This document shows positions 19,824-28,182 of a stretch of DNA of 64,000 nucleotides, one piece after another. The notes below the pieces were generated by a model. That model saw nothing but the letters and a program-made list of their open reading frames with translations. It searched no databases and had not been told where the DNA came from. The position numbers were made by a program, and so were the translations under genes. Within the stretch, counting starts at the first letter, position 1. Each line of letters begins with the position of its first letter. The DNA is from Dehalococcoidia bacterium. GTDB lineage: Bacteria; Chloroflexota; Dehalococcoidia; Lucifugimonadales; UBA3495. Location of the stretch: contig CBDAVT010000002.1 in NCBI GenBank assembly GCA_965201145.1, positions 2,203,380 to 2,267,379 of the forward strand, in the 5' to 3' direction.

Positions 19824-19954
19824 TTAGCCGGAGCAGCGCGGGAGAAAGCGCGCCGGGAATAAAGGTCAAGTTGATTGCCCGGCTTCCGCAGAGTGCCGCG
19901 AAAGCGATTAGTACCGGGCAGTTGGAAAATTCAGTATTTTGAAGCGAGGCGCTT

Positions 19955-20467
19955 ATGACCGATCCGGGTTTGGAATCCAGCCCACAACCGGAGGGAGTCC
20001 GCTCCGTGGCGGAGAACGACGCTTGTCCGGTGGAAATAGAATCGGAAGTGGATGTCGCTACTCCGCCGGATTGGGACTGGCGGACTATCAGCGCCAGCCA
20101 GCCCAACGCTGCTACCTTTCACATCAACCACAGCGACGTCACGCAAGTGAAAGTGGATGCCCTGGGGCCCGACGATTCGCCGCCCGATGCCCCCTTCGTG
20201 ATTACCGGGAGCATACCGATACTGATAATCGATACCCTGGACCAGTACTGGGCCGGCGAATCCCACACCCGACTGCCCCTGCAAGGGCTGCGGGTGCCGG
20301 TGGCCGCCGATACCGAAGCTGAAGCCAAACAGAAGCTGGCCGCCGACCTGGCTGCCCAACTGCGTCTCCTTTTGTTGCTCTCTTCTTCCCGGCAGGGCAA
20401 CATTGCGCCGGAGCTGAGAGCCAATCTGGTTTACCTCAGTTCGGTGCTGGACTCCCGGTCGCGTTAG
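19955..20467 (+). CDS. hypothetical protein
   Basis: 170-aa ORF. No family recognised. Confidence 0.35.
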   Translation: MTDPGLESSPQPEGVRSVAENDACPVEIESEVDVATPPDWDWRTISASQPNAATFHINHSDVTQVKVDALGPDDSPPDAPFVITGSIPILIIDTLDQYWAGESHTRLPLQGLRVPVAADTEAEAKQKLAADLAAQLRLLLLLSSSRQGNIAPELRANLVYLSSVLDSRSR

Positions 20468-20745
20468 CCGGCCCCGCTGCCGGGACTGATGGGCGGGAGC
20501 AGCCCCGGGTCATGGCGTAAAGAACTGCGGGTGCGCAAATTTGCGGCTACGGCCCAACGCCGATTGCCCGGCGGGAAAGCAGCGATTCGGAGCAAAGGCG
20601 GGAAAGGCAACCAGAGTCCAATGCTGACGGGGTATCCGGTCGGCCCGTTTCCGCCGTCCTTCGGGTTGCGGCGGCCGGAGCGCCGCCGCTGGCAAGGGCG
20701 GGCCGGCCAGCTAAGGAGAATGCCGGTCGGAGGATTGGGCCCGAG

Positions 20746-22446
20746 CTACCCAAGCCGGGCCTGGCTTACCGCCTCCGGCACATCCGCCAGGTCAACCATA
20801 GTGGCTTCGGCCTGGCTGCGGGCCTTCATTTCAACGGCATTATTGCGGAGATTGCGGGGGCTGACCACCAATCGCAGCGGCAGTCCCATCAGGTCGGCGT
20901 CATTCAGCTTGACCCCGGCGGTCTGGTCTGGGCGGTCGTCGTAGAGGGTTTCAATCCCGTTGTCCCACAGCTCCCGATACAGCTTGTCGGCAGCTGCGGC
21001 CACGGTCGCGTCGGCCAGGTTCAACCCTACCAGGTGAACCTGGTAGGGAGCTATGGGCGCCGGGAAGATGATTCCCCGGTCATCGTGGTTCTGCTCGATG
21101 GCCGCCGCCAGCAGCCGCCCCACTCCGATACCGTAACAGCCCATAGTTATCGGATGCTGCCGGCCCTCCTGGTCCAGGTACATGGCCCCCAGATGCTCGC
21201 TGTAGGATGTGCCCAGCTTGAAGATATGCCCCACCTCAACGCCGCGGGTGGCTTCCAGCGGACTGCTGCACTGAGGGCATAGATGTCCCGGCTGAGCCAG
21301 GGCAATGTCGGTCAGGATATCTACCTGGAAGTCCCGGGGATAGTTGGCGTTTCGGTAGTGGGTATCGGGCTTGTTGGCCCCCACCACGAAGTTGCTGCCC
21401 CGGGTAATGGACGCGTCGGCGACTCGCCGGACGTGGGTTATGCCGACGGGCGAGGCCGATCCGGCAACCAGCCCGGCCTCCCGCACTTCTTCGTCGGTAG
21501 CAAAGCGCAGGTCATTGCAGCCCAGGCAGTTCTTCAGCTTGACCTCATTAACTTCCAGGTCGCCCCGCAGCGTAACGAATATCACTTCCCCGTCGGCGGA
21601 GTAGAAGACGGCTTTAAGGGTCTGGCTGGCGGGGACGTTCAGGAAGTCGGCCAGGCCGGCGATAGTCCTTAGTCCGGGGGTGTCGATTTCGTCCAGGGGT
21701 TCCGGGTCAGCTTCATCCGGGTCCGGGAAGATGCCCACCGCCTTCTCGGCGTTGGCGGTGTAGCCGCAGGCGGGACAGGTAATAACGGTGTCCTCGCCGG
21801 TGGGAGTAGCCAGCAGAAACTCGTGGGAATCCTTGCCGCCGATAGCGCCGCTGTCGGCCTCGGCCATCAGCACGGGCAGGCTGCAACGGCGGTAAATATT
21901 CCGGTAAGCCCGGGCCATATTCTGATAGCTCTCATCCAGGCTGGCGTCGTCGGCATTGAAACTGTAGGCATCCTTCATATCGAACTCGCGCACCCGAACC
22001 AGGCCGGCGCGGGGTCGCGGCTCATCCCGGAACTTGGTCTGTATCTGGTAGAGGATCACCGGCAAATCCCGGTAACTCTGCACATTGGCCCGTACAATGC
22101 TGGTGACCACTTCCTCGTGGGTCGGGGCCAGCACCATGGGGCGGCCCCGCCGGTCTTCCATGGCAAAGAGCACTTCACCCATAGCCTCGGCCCGGCCGGT
22201 TTGCTCCCACAACTCCCGAGGCTGCAGGGCGGGCATCATCAATTCCTGACCGCCGGCGGCGTCCATCTCTTCCCGAATGATGTTCTCAATTTTGCGCAGG
22301 GCCCGCCAGGCCAGGGGCAGATAGGCGTAAACGCCGGCGGCCACCTGGTAGATGAGGCCGGCCCGCAACATCAGGCGATGGCTGGCCGTTTCCGCTTCGG
22401 GCGGGTCTTCCCGCAGAGTCTTGGTTACCAGTTGGGTGAATCGCAT
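20746..22446 (-). CDS. proS: proline--tRNA ligase
   Basis: ORF 20746..22494. Start placed at MRFTQLVTKTLRE. Has class II aaRS and bacterial ProRS editing-insert architecture (YQIQTKFRDEPRPR, GCYGIGVGRLL). Confidence 0.9.
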   Translation of the reverse strand: MRFTQLVTKTLREDPPEAETASHRLMLRAGLIYQVAAGVYAYLPLAWRALRKIENIIREEMDAAGGQELMMPALQPRELWEQTGRAEAMGEVLFAMEDRRGRPMVLAPTHEEVVTSIVRANVQSYRDLPVILYQIQTKFRDEPRPRAGLVRVREFDMKDAYSFNADDASLDESYQNMARAYRNIYRRCSLPVLMAEADSGAIGGKDSHEFLLATPTGEDTVITCPACGYTANAEKAVGIFPDPDEADPEPLDEIDTPGLRTIAGLADFLNVPASQTLKAVFYSADGEVIFVTLRGDLEVNEVKLKNCLGCNDLRFATDEEVREAGLVAGSASPVGITHVRRVADASITRGSNFVVGANKPDTHYRNANYPRDFQVDILTDIALAQPGHLCPQCSSPLEATRGVEVGHIFKLGTSYSEHLGAMYLDQEGRQHPITMGCYGIGVGRLLAAAIEQNHDDRGIIFPAPIAPYQVHLVGLNLADATVAAAADKLYRELWDNGIETLYDDRPDQTAGVKLNDADLMGLPLRLVVSPRNLRNNAVEMKARSQAEATMVDLADVPEAVSQARLG

Positions 22447-22510
22447 ATTACCTTGTCCTTCCGGCGGCCTGGGAACGGCGGCAAGGCCGGCCACGGCGGC
22501 GGCGCGCCGG

Positions 22511-23671
22511 TTAATCTCCCGCCGGCGCGGGCGTATTCTCTACCTCTTCCATCAAGGCCGTAAACATTTCCGCCTCGGAAACGACGCGCACCTTCTGGCC
22601 CTTGCGGAAGATTACGGCCCGTCCGGCGCCGGCAGCAATGCCCACGTCGGCGTCCTTGGCCTCGCCGGGCCCATTCACTTCGCAGCCCATTACCGCAACC
22701 TTGACATTCCGATCGGTTTTCTTCAGCAGCGCATCCACATCGTTAGCCAACTTGCGCACATCCACGTCGGCCCGGCCGCAGCTAGGGCAGGCTACCAGGG
22801 TAGCTCCCTTGCTGCGCAGGTTCAAAGACTTGAGAATTTCGTAGCCGGCGGCTACCTCTTCCCGGGAGTCGTCGCTCAGGGATACGCGGATGGTATCGCC
22901 GATGCCTTCGTAGAGCAGGTATCCCAGACCCACGGCGGTGCGAATGGAACCGGACTGGGCCGTCCCTGCCTCGGTAATGCCCAGGTGGAAGGGGTAAGGC
23001 ACCATATCGGCCAATTGCCGGTAGGCCTCGACGGTGGTCGGCACGTCGAAGGCTTTGAGGGAAATTTTTATCTGGTCGAAGTCCTGCTGCTCCAGCAGGC
23101 TGATTTCCCACAGGGCGGTAGCCACCATGTGGTCCACGATGCTGTATTCGCCTTCCCTGGCCTCGCCGGCCTTGGGCAGCTTGTTGACCAGGTCCATGTG
23201 TCGGGAGAAGCCCCGGGTGCGGCCAATGCCGCCCACGGGAGGCAGGCTGCCAAAGTTTACGCCGATACGGATGGGGATGCCCCGCTCTTTGGCTACCTTG
23301 ACCACATCCTTAATCTGGTCCTCGTTGCGCAGATTGCCGGGGTTCAGCCGCAGACAGTCCACTCCGCCCCGGGCGCACTCGATTGCCAGTTGGTAGTGAA
23401 AGTGGATGTCGGCAATCAGGGGTATATTGATCTGCTGCTTGATTTCGGCCATGGCCATGGCCGCTTCCATGTCCGGCACGGCGGAACGGATGATGTCGCA
23501 GCCCACTTCTTCCAGTTCGTGAATCTGGCGCACGGTGGCCTTGACGTCCCGGGTGTCAGTCTTGGTCATCGACTGAACTGTGATGTCAGCGCCACCACCG
23601 ACTTTGACATCCCCTACGTAAATTGGTTTGGTAACTCGGCGCTTCAGCATAGATTCAACCCTCTCCGCCAT
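22511..23671 (-). CDS. ispG: 4-hydroxy-3-methylbut-2-en-1-yl diphosphate synthase
   Basis: 386-aa ORF with IYVGDVKVGGGADITVQSMTKT, LRLNPGNL and CPSCGR ... CEVNGPGE Fe-S cysteines. Confidence 0.9.
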   Translation of the reverse strand: MAERVESMLKRRVTKPIYVGDVKVGGGADITVQSMTKTDTRDVKATVRQIHELEEVGCDIIRSAVPDMEAAMAMAEIKQQINIPLIADIHFHYQLAIECARGGVDCLRLNPGNLRNEDQIKDVVKVAKERGIPIRIGVNFGSLPPVGGIGRTRGFSRHMDLVNKLPKAGEAREGEYSIVDHMVATALWEISLLEQQDFDQIKISLKAFDVPTTVEAYRQLADMVPYPFHLGITEAGTAQSGSIRTAVGLGYLLYEGIGDTIRVSLSDDSREEVAAGYEILKSLNLRSKGATLVACPSCGRADVDVRKLANDVDALLKKTDRNVKVAVMGCEVNGPGEAKDADVGIAAGAGRAVIFRKGQKVRVVSEAEMFTALMEEVENTPAPAGD

Positions 23672-23918
23672 CGGCTAAATTAAGGTTAGCGCTACCTGTC
23701 TCACTACTACTATCGATCCATGTTACACGAAACCGGGGGTGGACGCTACTAGGGGCAGTATCCCGAAATGGGATAGCTGCCCGTTGTCGCTGCCGGAAGC
23801 CCGGTCGAATCATCCCCGAACCGGCGCGGGAGCGACGAAGCGCTGACCCAATCCGGCGACTTCCGCGCCGGATTTGCTTTAACTCCTTGACAACCCGTAT
23901 GACCCTCAGTCAACATTA

Positions 23919-23932
23919 AGAACATAAGTTCT
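23919..23932. promoter_or_regulatory. candidate LexA (Cheo-type) SOS box AGAACATAAGTTCT within a promoter
   Basis: GAAC-N4-GTTC lies between a -35-like TCAACA (23910-23915) and a -10-like TATACT (23933-23938), 30 nt upstream of the radical-SAM start. Confidence 0.6.
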
Positions 23933-23961
23933 TATACTTTAAGACGGGAGGTTGACCTGCT

Positions 23962-25326
23962 GTGCTCATCAAACGCGCCCCGGACGTTTACGAAAAAATG
24001 CAAATCCTCGGCGGAATGGCCGGCGACGACATTCTGGCCCAGCCCCAGGGCGGTAAATGGAGCCGAAACTCCCCCGCCCCGGCAGACGCGGCGGCCTCCG
24101 CCGGCAGTTATTCCTATACCAACCCGGCGAAACGGCCGGCCCCCGGCGTCTATCGCGCCGCTATGCCCAACGGCAAGTTCATCAACCTGATGCGGGTAAT
24201 GTTTACCGACTTTTGTATGATGGACTGCGCCTACTGTCCCAACAGCGTTTACGTACTCCGCAAGCGATACGCCTTCAAGGTGGAAGAGCTGGCTAAAGCC
24301 TTTATGGAAATGCACCAGCGCCACACCGTCGCCGGTCTCTTTCTCAGTTCCGGCATCGCCGGCAGCGGCTCCAAGACCTCGGACAAGATGATTCAGGTCA
24401 TCGAAAGCCTGCGCCAAAAGCACCACTTTAAGGGGTATGTCCATCTAAAGGTGATGCCCGGCACCGAGTATCAGTACGTCGAGGCGGCCCATCGCCTTGG
24501 CACCCGCCTGTCGGTCAATATCGAAACTCCAACGGCGGAGATGATGCGGCGGATAAGTCCCCACAAGGACTTTGACGGCGGTATTCTGGCGCCGATGGAA
24601 TGGATTGACCGGCTGACTAAAGAAAGCAGTGGCGGCGCCGTGGGTCAGGCTACCCAGATGGTAGTGGGCGCCGCTGACGAGACCGACGCTGACATCTTTC
24701 AGCGCATCGACCAGCTCTATACCGACTGGAACCTGAAACGGGTCTATTATTCGGCTTTTCGCCCGGCGGCCCACACTCCCATGGAAGAACATCCGGCCAC
24801 GCCGCCGCGCCGGGAGCACCGACTCTATCAGATGGATTGGCTTAAACGGATCTACCAGTATTCCAATGCGGAGCTGAACCTGGCTTTTGACGCCGGTGGT
24901 TTTCTGCCGCTGGATCAGGACCCGAAGACGGCCATCGCCCTGGAAAATCTGGACGCCTTTCCGGTGGACTTGAATGCCGCCAGCCACGAGCTGCTGCTGC
25001 GGGTGCCCGGCCTGGGGCCAACCTCGGCGCAGCGGATTATCGACAACCGCCGGAGCCATCGTATCGATAACTGGCGGGATTTGCAGGCGATGGGCGTGGT
25101 GCGGAAACGGGCCTGGCCTTTTGTCGCCTTTCCCGGTCAGCGGCCGCCCCGGGCCAAGCAGCTGAAACTGGAGCTGTTTCCGGAAGGGGCTAAAGACGGC
25201 CCGATTCCGGCCGGGCCTTTGGGGACGGTCTGGGGCAGCGGCCAGAGTAATGGGTCGGCCCCCTGCGGCCAGGCCCGAACCTGTCACGGGTGCCCGCTGT
25301 ACGGAACCCCGGGCCACCCGGGGTAG
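23962..25326 (+). CDS. putative DNA modification/repair radical SAM protein (TIGR03916-like)
   Basis: 454-aa ORF. Has the radical-SAM cluster CMMDCAYCPN and a C-terminal helix-hairpin-helix LLLRVPGLGPTSAQRII. Confidence 0.75.
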   Translation: MLIKRAPDVYEKMQILGGMAGDDILAQPQGGKWSRNSPAPADAAASAGSYSYTNPAKRPAPGVYRAAMPNGKFINLMRVMFTDFCMMDCAYCPNSVYVLRKRYAFKVEELAKAFMEMHQRHTVAGLFLSSGIAGSGSKTSDKMIQVIESLRQKHHFKGYVHLKVMPGTEYQYVEAAHRLGTRLSVNIETPTAEMMRRISPHKDFDGGILAPMEWIDRLTKESSGGAVGQATQMVVGAADETDADIFQRIDQLYTDWNLKRVYYSAFRPAAHTPMEEHPATPPRREHRLYQMDWLKRIYQYSNAELNLAFDAGGFLPLDQDPKTAIALENLDAFPVDLNAASHELLLRVPGLGPTSAQRIIDNRRSHRIDNWRDLQAMGVVRKRAWPFVAFPGQRPPRAKQLKLELFPEGAKDGPIPAGPLGTVWGSGQSNGSAPCGQARTCHGCPLYGTPGHPG

Positions 25327-25420
25327 TGGGGCGCCGGCCTTTATAAGGCTCCAAAGAGTGCGCCGGCCTTTTGCTTCTGTCGGAAGGACGGCGCTGTTTT
25401 TCTGGAGTGGTATGGCTGTT

Positions 25421-26368
25421 CTATTGGTGAGAACCGGTTGATACTAACGGCCTAATCTCTACTGCGGACTCCCGGGGGTACTTTCGCGGATAGGCAATGG
25501 GGCCGGCGCCGTCGGTATTTCCGGGAACGGCGGGCCGGGCGTTCCTTTGCTTGACCGTTGCCGGGGCGGCGCGCCGGGGATATTGGTCTGGCCGCGGCGC
25601 CAACTTCGCCGGCTGCGGGTTCGGCCGGACGGGAGCGAAATTACGGGCGGCGGCCGGAGCCTGCTCCAGGCCCCGGATTGAATTCAGGGGCCGGTCGTCT
25701 CTGCCACGGGCCAGATTCCAGGCTCGCCAGCCCTCCGGCCCGAACCGAGTCAATGCCAAGTCAGCCGGCATATCGGCGACCTGACCCAGGGTATGGAATC
25801 CGAGACGATGCAGAGCCGCTCGGGTGCTGGAGGAGACCGGCAGCAGGTCAACCGGGTGCGGCGCCAGGAATTTGGCCGCATCGGGCGACACCCGAACCGC
25901 TCCCGGCGCTCGGCTGCTGCGGGCGGCCACCAGCGCCGGGAATTTGCCCTCGCCGACGCCGATACCGGGATTCAGCCAGCGCGGCAGCAGGTTCAGCAGG
26001 GTGGCGACCAGCCGCGCTTCGCCGCCGTACATCGGCCCCAAACCGTCAATAGCCACGTAGGCGAGGCCCAGTTCCGCCGCCTCCACCCGGGCGCTGACTC
26101 CCAGCAGGCCGGCAAGGGCCTGTCGGAATACCCGGCAGTAATAGGCTTCGTCGGCTTCCAGCACAACGGCATGGGGCGGATAAATCAAAGCCGCTTCCGG
26201 GGGGGGGGGGGGGGGGGCCGCCAGCGTTGCTTCGGGCCGGGCGTCGACTACCCGGGCCGGGCTGCGGCTGCGGTCCGCTAAAATAACGGTACGTGGCTTG
26301 AGCTGCGGGTTTCGATGCAGCTCGGCCTCGACCCTCAGGTGTTTAATCAGGACACAAGCTACTTTCAT
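25421..26368 (-). pseudogene. Y-family DNA polymerase-like (ImuB/DinB-type) gene remnant
   Basis: The N-terminus MKVACVLIKHLRVEAELHRNPQL...VVLEADEAYY...AYVAIDGLGPMYGG...GVGEGKFPALVAA...LPVDLLP...LGFHTLGQVADMP is collinear with Y-family/ImuB proteins. The conserved A..GV.PGM segment is replaced by poly-Pro from a C19 run. The sequence becomes low-complexity after about residue 235. Confidence 0.55.
26199..26217. repeat. G19 homopolymer tract (C19 on the coding strand of the Y-family remnant)
   Basis: Counted directly. Translates as PPPPPP, in frame. Confidence 0.9.
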
Positions 26369-26419
26369 TTCATCCCGGCAAGGCCCAGTAATGTAGAGTA
26401 GCGCTTCCGGGTAATTGTA

Positions 26420-26432
26420 AGAACTATGTTCT
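26420..26432. promoter_or_regulatory. degenerate LexA-box-like palindrome AGAACTATGTTCT (N3 spacer)
   Basis: GAAC-TAT-GTTC lies about 55 nt upstream of the 26368 start. The spacer is one nt shorter than the canonical box. Confidence 0.3.
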
Positions 26433-26731
26433 ATATGTCAATGTCCAGTGAAGGAGTGGTGGTGTTCCAATTTAGGTTGTCGAGGTGTATGTCTGCGACC
26501 CCTGTGGCTGCCCTGGCGGTAATGGGACAAATGCTGCGTCTTGACTTAAACTACCTTGCAACGCCGCCCAAGCAACGGTTTCATTTGACTCAGGCCGGCA
26601 GATATATTAATATAGAGATATACAATTATAGAGTATTCCAATGTTAGACTTAAATTTAGCTAACCGAACTGCCTTGCACCGGGATAACAGACCAATACTG
26701 CGGGGAATCAATACCGGAATAACAGCCCTTA

Positions 26732-26748
26732 CCCCCCCCCCCCCCCCC
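26732..26748. repeat. C17 homopolymer tract
   Basis: Counted directly. Intergenic, 46 nt upstream of the riboswitch candidate. It is inverted relative to the G19 tract 514 bp away. Confidence 0.9.
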
Positions 26749-26794
26749 GTTCCACGTAACTCGGTAGCCTCTCCCGCCCAGCGCCGGACAATTT

Positions 26795-26872
26795 AGTCCG
26801 GGGAGTAAACCGGGTAGCTGGTACCAGGGCGCTTACGCGGGATGGGTTGACGCGATAAGAGACGCCCGGACT
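26795..26872 (+). promoter_or_regulatory. candidate yybP-ykoY (Mn2+) riboswitch aptamer
   Basis: P1 pairing AGUCCGG(G)/(C)CCGGACU encloses GGGGAGUA at the 5' side and UUGAC...AAGAGAC at the 3' side, the motif's conserved blocks as I recall them. Two small internal hairpins. It is followed by a terminator and then membrane-protein genes. It is shorter than typical members. Confidence 0.45.
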
Positions 26873-26886
26873 GCAAGCTTGGGTCG

Positions 26887-26936
26887 CCCCGGAATCTCCA
26901 GAAACCAGGCTGGAAGACTCCGGGGCCGCTTTTTTT
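26887..26936 (+). terminator. intrinsic terminator (expression platform of the riboswitch candidate)
   Basis: CCCCGGAATCTCCAG-loop-CTGGAAGACTCCGGGG imperfect 15-bp stem, then CCGC and TTTTTTT (26930-26936). Confidence 0.6.
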
Positions 26937-27085
26937 GCCGGCCCGGGACGGCCCCGCACCAGCCGTGATGTCGAATATGTTGCACTGGCGTAATTTCTGA
27001 CCGGGAATGCGGATTCCCTCAGTAGTCTCTAAAAACAAAGGAAACCTAAGGCGCCTTTAATCTGGCCGTCGAAGGAGTTAAGCGA

Positions 27086-27445
27086 ATGGCATTGATAATG
27101 TACGCTGCCGCCGGGTTAGTTATAATCGGCACTTTCCTGACTTGGGACACTTCCTGGTATATCCGGGGGATCAAGCGCTCTTTTGGAATAGCCACTCTGG
27201 TGATGGGCATTATTGCAATAATAGCTATCTCGCTGGGAAAGCTATCCGAGAACGAGAAAATGGACTCAGTGATGCAAGTCTTCCTGATTTTGCTGGCCGT
27301 GGGAATTTCCGGTATCTGTATCATGCTCGCAGCGGTGGCAATTGACCCCGATGATTGGGGAGTGGGGTTGATAATGACCGCTGTTGGTGGGGTGCTGCTG
27401 GGTTTGGGAGCCATTTGGAAGATAGGTCAAGGACATAGATTTTGA
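27086..27445 (+). CDS. small polytopic membrane protein (4 predicted TM segments)
   Basis: 119-aa hydrophobic ORF. GAAGGAG RBS 8 nt upstream. Paralogous in architecture to 27647..28099 (shared FL(T/P)W motif after TM1). Confidence 0.55.
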   Translation: MALIMYAAAGLVIIGTFLTWDTSWYIRGIKRSFGIATLVMGIIAIIAISLGKLSENEKMDSVMQVFLILLAVGISGICIMLAAVAIDPDDWGVGLIMTAVGGVLLGLGAIWKIGQGHRF

Positions 27446-27646
27446 AATTTAGCGGGATAATGGGCCGGACTGGCCGGAGGGGCAGCCGACTGCCGCTGCT
27501 GCTCTCCTTTACGACGCGACGAAAAGCCCCCCTGGCATACATCGGTGTAACCGCTAACAACTCGCCTTAATGCTCTGCCGTTCCCAAAAGGAAAGGCAAG
27601 AAATTTAGGCCGGGGATGAGCCGGGTAATCAAGCGTATGCCGCAAG

Positions 27647-28099
27647 GTGCGGAGGTGGACAGTGGCGATTGTAATATACGTTGGAGCGGTGGTGGTTATA
27701 ATCAGTATGTTCCTGCCTTGGGTAGAAACCTCAGGGATTTACGAGATGACAGCGGGGAATTTCAACGCCCTTGAGATGGGCTCCCCTTTTCTTATTCTCG
27801 GCCTCCTGGTAGGGCCGGTCCTTGCAATGTTAATGTGTGCGCTGGGGAATCTGTGGAATAAGAAAAGCACGGTGATCCAAATCCTTTTGCTTTTAATCGC
27901 CGCCGGGATCTGCTTTTTAGTAATCTTAACCTGGATCGAAATTAACGACATCGGCAATCTCATCGCCCGAAGAGGCTCCGGTCCAATAGTGGCAGTCATT
28001 GGCTGTGTGGCAATAGTTTTGGGAACTCTGGGAATCTGGACCCGGAGTGAGAATAGCGGTCCGGTCTGGACGGAGAAGTATGACGGGCGGAACTACTGA
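27647..28099 (+). CDS. small polytopic membrane protein, paralog-like
   Basis: 150-aa hydrophobic ORF. An alternative GTG start at 27662 follows GGAGGTG. Confidence 0.5.
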   Translation: MRRWTVAIVIYVGAVVVIISMFLPWVETSGIYEMTAGNFNALEMGSPFLILGLLVGPVLAMLMCALGNLWNKKSTVIQILLLLIAAGICFLVILTWIEINDIGNLIARRGSGPIVAVIGCVAIVLGTLGIWTRSENSGPVWTEKYDGRNY

Positions 28100-28182
28100 T
28101 GGCGGAGCTGCCTGACGGGACTTGTTGTCGGCAACGGTTGACGCTATTATAGCCGGCGCCAGACCAGACCTACGGAGGCGTT

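Noticed and set aside
21823-23683. Long ORFs (246 and 443 aa) antisense to proS and ispG
   Set aside because: These are antisense shadows of highly conserved housekeeping genes in GC-rich sequence.
26426-26647. 73-aa ORF in the AT-rich stretch between the polymerase remnant and the C17 tract
   Set aside because: No RBS, odd composition and no recognisable family. The region is more likely promoter, leader or degenerate mobile DNA.
26655-26690. TTAGACTTAAATTTAGCTAACC resembling the MITE core (AGTCTTAAATTACCCAAATTTAGCAGTTAA)
   Set aside because: The match is short and gapped, with no TIR or TSD, so it cannot be distinguished from chance.
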